Assembly: GCF_009914755.1 (NCBI RefSeq)
Contig: NC_060928.1
Reading direction: 5' to 3' (one strand)
Length of the DNA: 64,000 nt
Origin: the human T2T-CHM13v2.0 reference genome, Homo sapiens
This document shows positions 62,846 through 64,000 of the stretch, in pieces; within the stretch, counting starts at the first letter, position 1; each line of letters opens with the position of its first letter. The notes beneath the pieces were generated by a model, which was not told the DNA's origin, ran no database searches, and saw nothing but the letters and a program-made list of their open reading frames with translations. Made by a program: the position numbers and the translations under genes.

Positions 62846-63152
62846 GGTTACTATCAGTAAATGCTAGCTGAAACTACAGTAACAATTTATAAACAGTAAT
62901 TCTCTACTAAAATTTACCAAAACATAATTCTTTCTGAGAACATTATTGTCACAAGTTTTATTACATGCTTATATTATAAACCTACCAATAATATATTTAT
63001 TAATATGATAAATACTAATTTAAATCTGTTCTTAATATGACAAAACTGTGTTATTCTAAAATCCATGAAGATGAGCTATTCCAAATGAGAACTTTTTCTA
63101 AATAACTGAAGGGCTAGTAACACTGTATTCCTTCTAAACCACAAAGGTATAG

Positions 63153-63620
63153 TGTGGTATGCAGAATGATGCTCCCTCCCAAAGATGTCCACATTCTATT
63201 CCCTGGAATTCATGAATATGTTATTAATACCATAAAAGGCAAAGAGGAATTACAGTTGCAAATGGAATAAGGTTGCTAATCAGCTAACATTATAACAGAG
63301 AGATTAACCTGGATTATCTGGGTGAGTCCAGTGTAATTACAAGAGTACCTTAAAGTACAAGAGGGTGGCAGATTAAGTCAGAGTGATGCAATATAAGCAC
63401 TCAATCTGTCCTTACTGACTTTGCTGAATTAAGGAAGGAAGCCACAAGCCAAGGACCATGGAAAACATCTAGAAGTTGGAAAAGGTAAGGAAACGAATTC
63501 TCCCCTAGACGCTCTAGAAGAGAATGCAGTCCTGCCAACACCTTGATTTTACTTCTGTGAGGCCTGCATAAAGCCATTACTTTTGTGGAAATTTGTTATA
63601 GCAGCAACAGAAAATTAATA
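63153..63620 (+). mobile_element. MaLR solo LTR (MLT1D/E-like)
   Basis: tgtggtatgcagaatgatgctcc...cccaaagatgtccac...ctggattatctgggtg...aatttgttatagcagcaacagaaaa. Confidence 0.85.
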
Positions 63621-64000
63621 TATATTCTATTTTCTTTTCTCTTACAAAAAGTGTAATAAATATAATTTGATCTTAAAACTTCCTGTAGCAAATCATTGCA
63701 GGAATCAATTCCTGTACTAAACAACACCCTACCAATCCCTACCTCCAAGCATATATAGATTCCCACATCTATGCTTTAGAATATAATATAGTTTTCATGT
63801 AATCTTTTGATAACAGAGATGTTCTATCTATTATCTATTACTACCCTTCATCTACTGTGAATGGCTGTGCTCTCTCTACCCTCAGCACCACTGACTACCC
63901 TAGATGTCCACTATTCTCTTTCCCCCTTAGCCTCTCCTTCAATTATTTTATATTTGCTCACACAGTATCTCCTGAGCTTCTTGGCTCTAGCAGAAGACTG

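Overview
AT-rich primate DNA (human or great-ape-like), most likely inside a very large intron. It is dominated by interspersed repeats: about 27 Alus, a near-full-length L1PA4-like LINE (4416-10100), a 5'-truncated L1PA5-like copy, older L1M/L1PB/L2/MIR fragments, MaLR/ERVL/ERV1 LTRs, and Tigger2-family and MER1B DNA transposons. I recognise no complete gene, RNA gene or CpG island. Nearly all listed ORFs are L1 remnants, Alu-derived or chance ORFs. The youngest L1s lie on +, which weakly suggests a minus-strand host gene. Two minus-strand exon candidates (92 nt at 20387-20478 and a 7-nt microexon at 644-650) would join in frame to 33 codons, but I cannot name the protein. The best-supported oddities are (i) an L1 flanked by a 189-bp direct duplication with a palindromic templated filler at its 5' junction, (ii) a fold-back plus duplication scar at the edge of the ZNF93-bound 129-bp segment of the L1PA4 5'UTR, (iii) a 150-aa open antisense ORF0, and (iv) several other short fold-back scars. 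I found no convincing new biological system, only leads. Repeat subfamily names come from remembered consensus sequences, and boundaries of old repeats are approximate.
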